Shown piece by piece: positions 38,047 to 50,000 of a stretch of 64,000 nt of DNA (position 1 is the first letter of the stretch; each line of letters opens with the position of its first letter). Both the position numbers and the translations under genes were made by a program. A model generated the notes under the pieces. The model did no database searches and was not told where the DNA came from. It worked only from the letters and a program-made list of their open reading frames with translations. Source of the DNA: Neoechinorhynchus agilis (Eukaryota; Animalia; Acanthocephala); contig CM121343.1 of assembly GCA_051530055.1 (NCBI GenBank), positions 1,768,389 to 1,832,388 of the forward strand, given 5' to 3'.

Positions 38047-40663
38047 ATGTGCAATTTACGATATTGGACACTGGTACTACCAATCGTGTGTTTTCTTGCT
38101 GTCGCGACTAACTTATTTTTATTACAACAACTAAAGAGAATATTTGTTCGATTTAAAACCGATTTTGAATATAGACTAAGTAGATTAGAAAACGAAACAT
38201 TCATTCAAATTAACTACTCGGCCGTTGTTCCGCCATATCGAAGGCGTCGAAGTGTTGAGCAAACTTCTGATAAGAGAGCAGCAATCGATGAGGATAATGG
38301 AAAGATTAAAATACGTAATGATCAATTGGTGATTCCCGTGCGAATACCAGTTAGTAAATCAGCATTATTTAAGCGTTTAACACTAATGCCTGTAAGGTTC
38401 ACGTTATGACAACGTTTTGTATCCAATCAGAACTTTATTGTCGCCGTCAATCTTCTTTTCTAAAGGGTAAAATGATAATACAAGATTCTTTGTTTAGCAT
38501 GAATGGATTCAGGCGATAAAGGTGAACCAGGTCTCAAAGGTGACAAAGGCCATGCATCGGTTAGTGGTGGATATTCGGGTAAGTAGTGTATCAATGGGAT
38601 TAACATTTCGACGATACCACGATGTCTTGCAACTCACATTTGCCAATCACAAAAAAAAGTGAAATACGGGAAGCTATCTTTAAAAAACTTTATGCTCTAA
38701 ACTAGTAGTTTTCAACCCCACCGAAAAACTCAAAATATACCTGGACAAATATATGATTCTTGTTCTTAGTACAATTAATTTAATGATTAAAGCAAATATT
38801 ACAAGAAGTAGAGTACAACATCATTTTTTATTTCCTATCATTAGGCAACTAGAGTCCATGGGTAATATTGCATCCACGTTTAAAATTCAACATAGTTTGG
38901 TGAGATTTACGGTGTACAGAGAAATGCCATCGAAAGCTGTTATGCACCATTTTCAATGAAGGAATTAGTACTAAGGATGCCCCCAACGGAAAAGCCAAAC
39001 GCCCCCAAGGTTGAAAATCACTGCTCTAAAACAAGCATATGAACCCCCTGCTACAATTTCAAAATTAATTTGGATGACAAAATAGATTAACGAAAAAACC
39101 GCGATTTAAATAAGTCGGAACCAGGGCAGACCATTATGTAAATTAAATCGATAATATTGTTATTAGTAGGCAACAACTGGTAATTTTAAGCTAAGTGTTA
39201 GAATAGATTGACAAGTTTAACTTCCGATTCCATATAACGGGCCTTATTAAAGTGCTTTTCGCGTCTCTCATACAGGTTCAGTGGGTTTAAAGGGTGACAA
39301 AGGGGAGAAAGGCGAAATGGTAAGCGAGATTTATTGTTGCGTCGAAAGTAACCGTTACGATGCAAGGGTTACATTGGTTTCTCCGGAGCACAAGGAGTCG
39401 TGGGTCTCACTGGACCTCAAGGTCGCCCTGGACCGATTGGTCCACGGGGAGAAAAAGGCGCACCAGGTTTACCTGGACTACGAGGACTTATCGGACCAAA
39501 GGGTGAAAAGGGTGATAGAGGAAATCAAGGTAGTAGTCGCAAAACTTAGACTTAGGTTTTACGGATCCTCAAATCAGGAGTTCGAGGAGTAAAAGGTAGA
39601 AGAGGTGACATTATGTTTCAGAAAGGATGCCAAAATGATTCTCCTCCATCGATTGCCAGTCGATCGCGAAACAGTGAGTTTCTTAGTCTTATTGACTAGT
39701 ATTGAAATGCAACGTATAGACATAACTAAACGCGAAAAGGGTAAGTTGTGTAAGCGGGACTGCACAGAGCTTATTTCAATAATCAAGATTGCTTGCTGGA
39801 TTGGATTGGAATTCCTATACTTGTAAATGAGATGCGTATCAACAACTCAATTGTAAAATACGGAGCTTGGATGAAAGATCAACTGCCTAAAACAGGCGAC
39901 CAACAAAAATACGTCTATATAGCCAATGGCAATAGAGGTCCCATTGAAAGTAAGGATTTAAGTATAAATTGAATGTTTAGGAAATAAAATATATGAATAC
40001 GAGAACGAAAAATCAATATCAAAGCGCAGCCGTTGGCGCCGTATTATTGAGCTACCGCCGGATTATGATTTTTTCGGTTGTGGACACATAATAGTCCACG
40101 GGAATTTCATTTTCCATCGAGCAAACACGAGTACGATAGTGAGTGCTAACCTCAATATCGGGACGAATAATGATACAGTCGCTGAGATCGTCGCAGAGAA
40201 ACACATATCTGATAGCTCTTTAGAGGGCAGTGGTCTTTACCAAGATGCAAGGATCGGTTCCTTCGATTTTGCACTGTATGATGGATCAATATGGGTCATC
40301 TATAAAACGAAAATTCAAGATTCAAACCGATTGGTTGTAACCAAACTTGCAAGGGACACACTTGAGTATAGAGGTGTTCGATACGTCGTTGCGATTGAAC
40401 CAGCTATATTGGTTAATACCTTTCTTGCATATGGAATGCTTTACGGAGTTCAATCCTATGATGACCACACCACATACGTACAGTTCGCATTTGATGTAGT
40501 TGAAGGAAAGACCTTAACAACGGTTGATCTAAAGCTCACAGTACCGTACAAGTCATTGGCACAATTGAGCTACGATCCCTATACTCGACGTCTGTACGCC
40601 TGGGACGATGGAAGATTAATTTATTATATGTACAACGTAAAAGTATCTCAATCCAAATGCTAA
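38047..40663 (+). CDS. Gliomedin/colmedin-like protein (type II TM, furin site, collagen, olfactomedin); multi-exon
   Basis: N-terminal TM segment followed by RRRRSV. Gly-X-Y exons at 38510, 39280, 39370-39530 and 39556 onward. Olfactomedin motifs [38 protein letters not shown] and [16 protein letters not shown]. Confidence 0.88.
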
Positions 40664-41052
40664 CTTTGGGCTATAGATCTTTTGCTGCCTCTGTAGTGAA
40701 TGGAACTAAACTTTCAAAAAAGCACCTTTTGACGAATATACGACGACGATCACGTTTCAGATCGTCAATAAGAATCAGTTATTCCTTCTTTTGTAAATTG
40801 GGTTTACATTTCCACGCCAACATTCTAGGTTGAAAAGATAATTGTGTGAACGCGCGTGCTAAATATCATTAGAAGTCAATCGACCAAAGATTTTTACCTC
40901 TTTAAAGTGACTGCTTATAGCATCAAGTTTTATTTTCTAAAATGATAAAGAAAATCTTTATTTCGGAAATTTCGTTTTTTTCACAATTATTTCCTTTTTA
41001 ATCTGATATATTTTGAACACGTTAGATCATTCACACCACCACTTTGGATTAC

Positions 41053-43440
41053 TCAGCTGCCGTCCTGATGTAACGGTCGAAAGGACGGATGCAGAGTTCC
41101 CCCGTGCTGCAGAATCAGAATTATGTTTTGTGGGAGGAAAGCTGTGATTCGTCTCAATCTCTTAGACAATTGCGTGAAAAGGTCCTGCGCCTTGGTACCA
41201 AACAACCCGAGTGTCTCGACGCCAAAGGGAACGAAGTAATGATTTCGACCCAAGTCCCTATATTTTGCCTCTTTGCGTTCCTCAACGACGCTTGCTGCTC
41301 CCAGCTCCGGTTTAACAGCAGCGAATTTTATGCTGCTGGCTGCCAGCCTGTCCACGCAAAACCGTAAGGTTTACAGCCATCGGATCGGGATTTGGGTGCA
41401 TTCATAGTATTCAGAGTCCAGACGAGACCATGCCGTCCGAAAGTTCCATGGTCGCTCCGCTACGACAGCGATGAAATGTGCACATCGGTACCCCAAGTTT
41501 CATGGACACTGCAATCCTTACTGTCTCGTCGGAGAAAAGGGTTCCCACAGAAGCGATTGGAAGAGCGTTGAGCCAAGCACCCGATTCTATTGTAGAGACT
41601 GCCACTAATCGAGTTCGGTTCACAAAGTCACGAGAATCTGAAATTGACGAGTTATGAATTCACGCTACCGGGGGTTAGTACCGAATTGATCGTTTGCAAC
41701 CATTGACGGGGACCTGCTCGCTGCCTGAATCTCCACACCAAAGAGTAATAGCATCCACCAAATCTTCATCCAAGGTGTAATTCTCGCCAAGAAAGGATTG
41801 AGCTATTTTGCGGCTTGCTACATACGATCCCAAATAAGCTGGCAGAGAAATATCGGCTGCTTTTCGGATACCCAAACCGCCGGGCGACACAGGCAAGGAC
41901 GCTTGACGCCAGGCTTCGTCCGACAACTGAGTATTTAAAATTTTCTCGAGAGAAGCTTTCACCATCTCGTCTAATTTTGCCAGCTTATCCTTATGTCTAA
42001 AAAAGGTGCTGTGCGCAACTTATACAGCGGCTTTGGAATGAAGAGGGTGTTCTTGATCGGGAACAGAGCCTCGCGTGAAGATAATTCATCAACTTGTTCG
42101 CACAGCACCGAAAGTCGCGGTTGAAGGTTGGCAATCTCTGTTTCAACATTAGTACCAAAAATGCAGCTTCTTAGAAGACTCAACTGGTCTAGAGTGATCA
42201 ATTCTATCTCGCGAAGCCAGGTTCTGAAAATCTTTCACGATAGTTCTGCCTGGACGCCTCATCTTCCACGTTCATCACTAAAATCTCTGCCAATTTTCGC
42301 CGTCTCCTTCACGAGTGTCTCAAAATCGCGCAGTACTACAGAGGAGGTACCTCCGAGCGTGGCATCGTCCAGGTACCAGCCGTTAAAGCTGGACTGCAGA
42401 AAGTGCGTAACGGGATTGACTGCGAGTGAGAAGGCTATTGGGCCCAAACGATCCCCTTGTTGAACTCCTATTTCTGACCACCAAACGAGGTTACTGAACA
42501 ACAAGGGAGTTGAAATCCCATAGGCTTTAACGAAATAGCGAAATGCTCCAGGTGCGTGATCTCTTACTACTTCGAGCAAATCTGCTCGGTGAACTGTGTT
42601 TAATGCATTTCTGAAATCACATTTCAAGATCACGCACGGCTTTGAGTTTCCGGTGATTAACGTGCGGAGTAAATGAACAATCGCCTTTGCGCCGTAAGAT
42701 GTACAGCAGCCTAACTGAGTAGGGCGAAGTAGTTTCCCTACTTTTCCGCGATCCTTTTATTTAAAATTTTTGCCGTTTAGCGGCGCAGAGTTGTTCTAAT
42801 TGCAATGGGACGAATCCACCTTGGTTTTTTTGCGAGAGCACACAAAGATGCGCCCAAAAATAACTAAATTGATTTCGGAATCAACTCTCCCCTGCAAATT
42901 GGTCGATTAGGCGTGCTAATGCATCTTCAAGGGACTGGGTAGCGTCGCCTACTGAAAAGGAAGTCATATCCTTTAGGCATTGGAGCCGCAGCCCGTCAAG
43001 CCCGTGAGCTGATCCGTTAGCAAAAGAGGAGATTGTCATCTTCGATTCCGATTTCGATGATAAAACATAAGGAATCGTATCGCAGGAGGAGCATTTCAGG
43101 AAATACTGTTGACCGCCGTCACTAGGATGTTTGGAACGAAGAGTTCGTAAAGTTTCTTTTTTTATCTTTGGCGAGATTGTCCTTTGATGATAAAAGACGA
43201 ATTGCTCTGACATCTCCGCCTGCGAGCTTCGAAGAAACGCGTCCAACAAGAGACCGATTTGAGTTTCGCTGGTTATGAAGCCCCTAGACACGCTAGTTAC
43301 GTAGTCCGTATGCTGTTGAAAGGCATTGAGTAAACTTTTAGTCTATAGAACTTATTCGCTCTTTTATTCTTGTGGTCAGAGGTCCTTCAGAAACATCACC
43401 AGCGGAAACAATAATCTAGGGAACGCAAACATCCACGACA
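41053..43440 (-). mobile_element. Decayed CRE-clade non-LTR retrotransposon (RT + RLE)
   Basis: LRPTQLGCC..GAKAIVH, LKCDFRNALN, GVQQGDRLGP, WYLDDATL, WRQASLPVSPGGLGIR, SGAWLNALP and YFVPFGVETLG, with multiple frameshifts. Homologous to 8378-8768. Confidence 0.9.
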
Positions 43441-43859
43441 ACTCTGAATTAGTCTCGATGCAGTCTGTCAATAGAAAAGTGAATCTCTTTGCGGCCTGAT
43501 ATCATGGGCCCCTTGGGATTCTTTTCAGAACATTCCTGGGCACCACGCGATCATAATATTCCCTACAAACGGAATTTCATTTTGTATGGCACTTAAACTG
43601 TGCTTGTACGTCTCTCACTTTTCAACGAAATTATAACTTGGATTGACTCAGAATTTCATAGGAAAGAACTAGAATATCATGACCAATTCCCATGTGACCA
43701 TTTTAAGCACTTTGACATTTCCGCTAAGTTGTGGTTATAAATGCTTAAGTAGCGCGTTTAGCTAATTTTACGATGGAAAATTGTTTAGAAGTATTCAGCC
43801 GGTAAATATTTTTTTTATTAAAGACATTCTCTACCGGGTAAACAACATTTGTTCGGTTT

Positions 43860-44060
43860 TGGCCGCAAAAGATGTATTTGTGTTCTTTGGTGATAATAAA
43901 AATAGATATTGATTTATTGTTCTCATACGTCGTAAACACTTGCGAAGCAACCTGACGATGCTCGAAGAAACGGACGAAATATTGGAAATCAATAAATCAA
44001 TCGTTATTTTTCTTATCACCAAAGAACACATGAATGAACAACTTCTTTTCAAAAGATGTA
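43860..44060. repeat. Solitary palindromic element related to 34488-34680 and array 4
   Basis: gtgttctttggtgataataaaaatagatattgattt...aaatcaatcgttatttttcttatcaccaaagaacac, followed by aatgaacaacttctt as in the 34488 copy. Confidence 0.7.
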
Positions 44061-44287
44061 TTGAAGAAGCGCTACACAAGACTTGAATTACACTTCTGCG
44101 TGTGATTGGACAAAAACGCTCCCTGTAGCGGCTTTTGTGAATTTCCTTGGGTCTTCTAAACAACATTAATATATTTTTAGGCTCACGCAGATAAATCATT
44201 CTCTGTCGTTCGGCCTGAGAAAAAGATGATTATAGCGGCATCTCGAGAGAGAGGTAAAGTTTTTTCGGACTAAGAATGTTATTGTTT

Positions 44288-44565
44288 GTTTAGGTCGCTT
44301 TTCGACACCCGAGGGAGAGAGATCGTGTTAGAATCAAATGTATATTTCGACTGATCGCGCCCAGCAAGCGACCGATTTCGGCGGTGGTCAGGCTCCAGGC
44401 AGGCTCCTCACGTAGCTCGCATGCTGTTGAAAGGCATTGAGTAAAATGTTTATCAAAAGAACTTATTCGCTCTTTTATTTTTGTGGTCAGAGATCCTCTA
44501 GAAACATCACAGCGGAAAGCACTAGTCTAGGGAACGCAAAGAGACGCATCCACGACAAATGTCAA
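44288..44565. mobile_element. Composite: recurrent terminal motif plus a second copy of the CRE upstream region
   Basis: 44412-44560 repeats 43300-43440 (atgctgttgaaaggcattgagtaaa...gaacttattcgctcttttatt...tctagggaacgcaaa). Confidence 0.6.
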
Positions 44566-45120
44566 CTTGTGGCGGAACACATTTGGAACATACCGAATCC
44601 GGACGCAAAATCATAGGCAAAACAGCACTCAGTGTGCCACAGCGACGGCGAAAATTCTCCACACACGAATTAGGTTTATGGCCAAGAACCCGATAAAACT
44701 ATCGCCGAGGCACTTATTATATCCCGGGCAGGCGGGGGGGCGAGAGTTTTGCACATCAGCTCGACAAGGCCCTTGAACTGCTGAACAAACAGGACGAACA
44801 TTCCACTTCGATGTCGCTACTTTAACACACACTTCACATCTCCGCGAATCATTGTAGATTCCTGAGCTTAAGCTGTACGACGAGAAAGCTCAGAAATAAA
44901 GATTTTCTTTAACATTACAACAGCCCAAGTGTAAATTTTCGAAAATAAAAACTTGATTATGCGGCTCGAAAATCAAGTAGTATTTCACAAGATTGTTAAA
45001 GGTTTAGAAATAGGCGAGTGTGTCCGTTAAAAACGCGAAAATGATGTCTAATTTCGCCAACTTTTTACTTACAAATTAGTTCCATTGTTATTCATATCAC
45101 ACTTCGAAGAATAGAACAGG

Positions 45121-46319
45121 TCATTTTAAAAAATACTTGTTTGTCTTATGAAACGAAAATGGTGACAATAAGTTTTTATCTTGACGCTGTCCATCGCAAA
45201 TAACAGTTCGGTTGTCATTCCAATCTGAATACGTCCTCAATCGATTAGTGTTCATGCAGGCCAAACCAGTCATCCGGTCGCCCTGTAGGACGAAATCGTC
45301 CATGCAAAATCCTTTAATGCGTAAAATATCATTTTGTTCGTCCATTATATATTTCGGGGACTTAAATCGATAACCCCACAGAATCTCATGTGGCACATAC
45401 GATGTTCTATAATGGCAGGGAATTCCGGTACATTCTATTATCCCCTCTATGATAACAATGACTTCAAATGTTCTTGACAAGTTTCCACGGTGAGGTAAAA
45501 ATTTGTAAAGTGGACTGTCATGGTCAATCACATGCTCAACGATGATTGGACACATGATCAGAACGCCCGATTGGTGAACCTGATTTTTGATCACTAGTTC
45601 CTGGCATTTTATAGGCACGCATTGACTTTTCTCGATGCGCGTCTCTAAGAATATCAGCTGAATACTTGTGTCTGTTACCATCAGTTTATTGGCATTTATA
45701 GGGTAAATTCCAATCATCAAGCAAAGTTCACCGTCTCGGTGACCTACGACGGCTCTTCTAGAAAATCCCATCAACTTTTGCCTTTTTTGGGGCCCTAATA
45801 TCTTGTTGAGGACAATTCCTGCGGCAAATACGGAAACCAAAACGCCCACTGATGCCTGAGCCGCTAGTATCAGTAATGATCCACTGCATTGATTAGTGGG
45901 TTGATAATGACCGAATCCAATTGTGGACTGAGTTTCAAGAGAAAATAAGAAATAAGCAACGAAGTTGTTTTTCAAATTCTGAATGCACTGTGTATGATTA
46001 GAGTCCACGGTGTGGAAATCGCCGTTTCTATAGCTTTCAATGATGACTCTTGTTGTCGAGCAAGCGAGAGGCATCAGACTATAAAGTACCATATCATCGC
46101 GAACAGAATCCAAGTGAGCATATAAGCAAAACTTATAAGCGAAAATATGTATAACCAACTGGCTGACACAAAATATGAATGAAGATCGGATGACCACTTG
46201 TCAGACATAGCTCCTTGGAGCATCATAGCCTTATCGTAGACGTCGTTACTGAGGTTGCCTTCCTTACTCACAAGTCTATTTCGATTGAACGTCGATCGGG
46301 CATGGATTGTATTGCCCAT
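45121..46319 (-). CDS. Inwardly rectifying K+ channel (Kir); a frame change near 46030-46075 requires a micro-intron or an indel
   Basis: SWLYIFSLISFAYMLTWILFAMIWY (M1), YFLFSLETQSTIGFG (pore), FSRRAVVGHRDGELCLM, FEVIVIIEG, RTSYVPHEILWGYRF. Confidence 0.88.
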
Positions 46320-47019
46320 AACGATAGATTCTTATCTTTAATTTTAGAATTATGTGCTCAAAAAAGGTAAAAGACCAGGAAACGTATCAAAGGACACATT
46401 TGAAATCCCCATCGATTTTAACCGTTGCCATGATTTGATTAAATTGCCAGGCATTCGTGCCAATTTCCGATATTTGTGCTTCAATTTATTAATGTAAATT
46501 GCAACAATCATGATAACGAGAAGTTAATCAATAAGAAGTTAAAAGCGACCATTAAAACATGATAATTCAAATTTGAAATTTCATAAACCACAAGTACAGC
46601 AGGAACGGCGAAAAGTAATGTTCAATAAAAAAATCGGTCCACTGTATGTACATCATGAAAAGATGTCAAGCATCAACGAAATTGAAGTCAAGTTTGCAAT
46701 TGAAATTTAATAGGATGCTCACAGTTCCTTAGACAAAACGAATTCCTTGTTTCTCAAATCACGAGTAGTCTAATAAGCCTAGAAGCCCATATATAATATA
46801 TAAATTCCTAAATGAAAAGTATATGGTAGAAAACGCCCATCTTGCATTTAACGAAAAATGATTATATCCAAACCTGATGAAATTTCGAACCACTTCAAGA
46901 ATCTCAAGATAAACGTACTTAGATACTTCTTGTGACTTTGATCATACCAAAGTATATTTAAAATTGTTTCAACATAAAACTATTCATGTTTGCGTTTGTA
47001 AATAAGATATATATTCTTT

Positions 47020-50000
47020 AGTGATTATGAAAGCAGAGACTGTTCAATTGATCGAGATATTCAGTCGGTCTCGTCGGACTTCGTCATTTCTAATAGGTGG
47101 AGGAATGTCTCGGTGGCTTTTTCCGTCCGACAAGACGGACGAAATATTAAGATCAATAAAACATTCTCTATTTTTATAATCATGCTTGTTTATAGAGTAA
47201 AAAATTAAATTTTTTATTAGATCCGATTGTTTTCGGAGTCACAATCGTGTACGATTTTATAAAGGTTGTTGTGCGGATAAAAACACTTCAACAACATTGG
47301 CAAAATCGTACACGATTACGACTCCTAAACAATCGGATCTAATAAATTCTTCTAATTTTTTACGCCATAAACAAGCATGATTATAAAAATAGAGAATGTT
47401 TTATTGATTTAAATATTTCGCCTGTCTCGACGAAAGGATAAAGCCACCGAGACCCAAACCACCTTTTATACCTGACGAAGTCCGACGAGGAGGACAAAAT
47501 TTTAGGATCAATGAAACATTTTCTATTTTTTAATAATGCTTGTTTATCGCGTAGAAAATTAAAAGAATTTATTAGATCCGATTGTTTTCGGAGTGGCAAT
47601 CGTGTGCAATTTTATCAAGGTTGTTTAAGTGTTTTTATTCGCAAAACAACCTTGATAAAATCGTACACGATTGTGACTCCGATAACAATCGGATCTAATA
47701 AACTCTTAAAGTTTTACGCGATAAACAAGCATCATTATAAAAATAGAGAATGTTTTATTGATCTAAATATTTAGCCCGTCTTGTCGGACTTCGTAATTTT
47801 TAAAAGGTGGAAGTAGGTCTCGGTGGCTTTATCCTTCCGACGAGACGGTGAAACGTTGAGATCACTAAAACATTCTCTATTTTTATAATAATGCTTGTTT
47901 ATGGCGTAAAAAATTAAAAGAATTTATTTGATCTGAATGTTTCGGAGAAACAGTACGCCTTTATCAATGTTGTTGAAGTGATTTTATTCGCATAACAACC
48001 TTGATAAAATCGTACACGATTGTGACTCCGATAACAATCGGATCTAATAAACTCTTAATTTTTCACGCGATAAACAAGCATCATTATAAAAATAGAGAAT
48101 GTTTTATTGATCTAAATATTTAGCCCGTCTTATCGGACTTCGTAATTTTTAAAAGGTGGAGGTAGGTCTCGGTGGCTTTATCCCTCCGACGAGACGGCGA
48201 AATGTTGAGATCAATAAAACACTATTTTTAATAATGCTTGTTTATGGCGTAAAATTAAAAGAATTTATTTGATCTGAATGTTTCGGAGCCACAGTACGCC
48301 TTTATCAAGGTTGTTGAAGTGTTTTTATTCGCACAACAACCTTGATAAAATCGTACACGATTGTGACTCCGATAACAATCGGATCTAATAAACTCTTAAT
48401 TTTTTACGCGATAAACAAGCATCATTATAAAAATAGAGAATGTTTTATTGATCTAAATATTTAGCCCGTCTTGTCGGACTTCGTAATTTTTAAAAGGTGG
48501 AAGTAGGTCTCGGTGGCTTTATCCTTCCGACAGACGGCGAAATGTTGAGATCAATAAAACATTCTCTATTTTTATAATAATGCTTGTTTATGGCGTAAAA
48601 ATTAAAAGAATTTATTTGATCTGAATGTTTCGGAGCCACAGTACGCCTTTATCAATGTTGTTGAAGTGTTTTTATTCGCACAACAACCTTGATAAAATCG
48701 TACACGATTGTGACTCCGATAACAATCGGATCTAATAAACTCTTTTAATTTTTTACGCGATAAACAAGCATCATTATAAAAATAGAGAATGTTTTATTGA
48801 TCTAAATATTTAGCCCGTCTTGTCGGACTTCGTAATTTTTAAAAGGTGGAAGTAGGTCTCGGTGGCTTTATCCTTCCGACGAGACGGCGAAATGTTGAGA
48901 TCAATAAAACATTCTCTATTTTTATAATAATGCTTGTTTATGGCGTAAAAATTAAAAGAATTTATTTGATCTGAATGTTTCGGAGCCACAGTACGCCTTT
49001 ATCAATGTTGTTGAAGTGTTTTTATTCGCACAACAACCTTGATAAAATCGTACACGATTGTGACTCCGATAACAATCGGATCTAATAAACTCTTTTAATT
49101 TTTTACGCGATAAACAAGCATCATTATAAAAATAGAGAATGTTTTATTGATCTAAATATTTAGCCCGTCTTATCGGACTTCGTAATTTTTAAAAGGTGGA
49201 AGTAGGTCTCGGTGGCTTTATCCTTCCGACGAGACGGCGAATGTTGAGATCAATAAAACATTCTCTATTTTTATAATAATGCTTGTTTATGGCGTAAAAA
49301 ATTAAAAGAATTTATTTGATCTGAATGTTTCGGAGCCACAGTACGCCTTTATCAATGTTGTTGAAGTGTTTTTATTCGCACAACAACCTTGATAAAATCG
49401 TACACGATTGTGACTCCGATAACAATCGGATCTAATAAACTCTTTTAATTTTTTACGCGATAAACAAGCATCATTATAAAAATAGAGAATGTTTTATTGA
49501 TCTAAATATTTAGCCCGTCTTATCGGACTTCGTAATTTTTAAAGGTGGAAGTAGGTCTCGGTGGCTTTATCCTCCGACGAGACGGCGAAATGTTGAGATC
49601 AATAAAACATTCTCTATTTTTATAATAATGCTTGTTTATGTAAAAAATTAAAAGAATTTATTTGATCTGAATGTTTCGAGAAACAGTACGCCTTTATCAA
49701 TGTTGTTGAAGTGTTTTTATTCGCACAACAACCTTGATAAAATCGTACACGATTGTGACTCCGATAACAATCGGATCTAATAAACTCTTTTAATTTTTTA
49801 CGCGATAAACAAGCATCATTATAAAAATAGAGAATGTTTTATTGATCTAAATATTTAGCCCGTCTTATCGGACTTCGTAATTTTTAAAAGGTGGAAGTAG
49901 GTCTCGGTGGCTTTATCCCTCCGACGAGACGGCGAAATGTTGAGATCAATAAAACATTCTCTATTTTTATAATAATGCTTGTTTATGGCGTAAAAAATTA

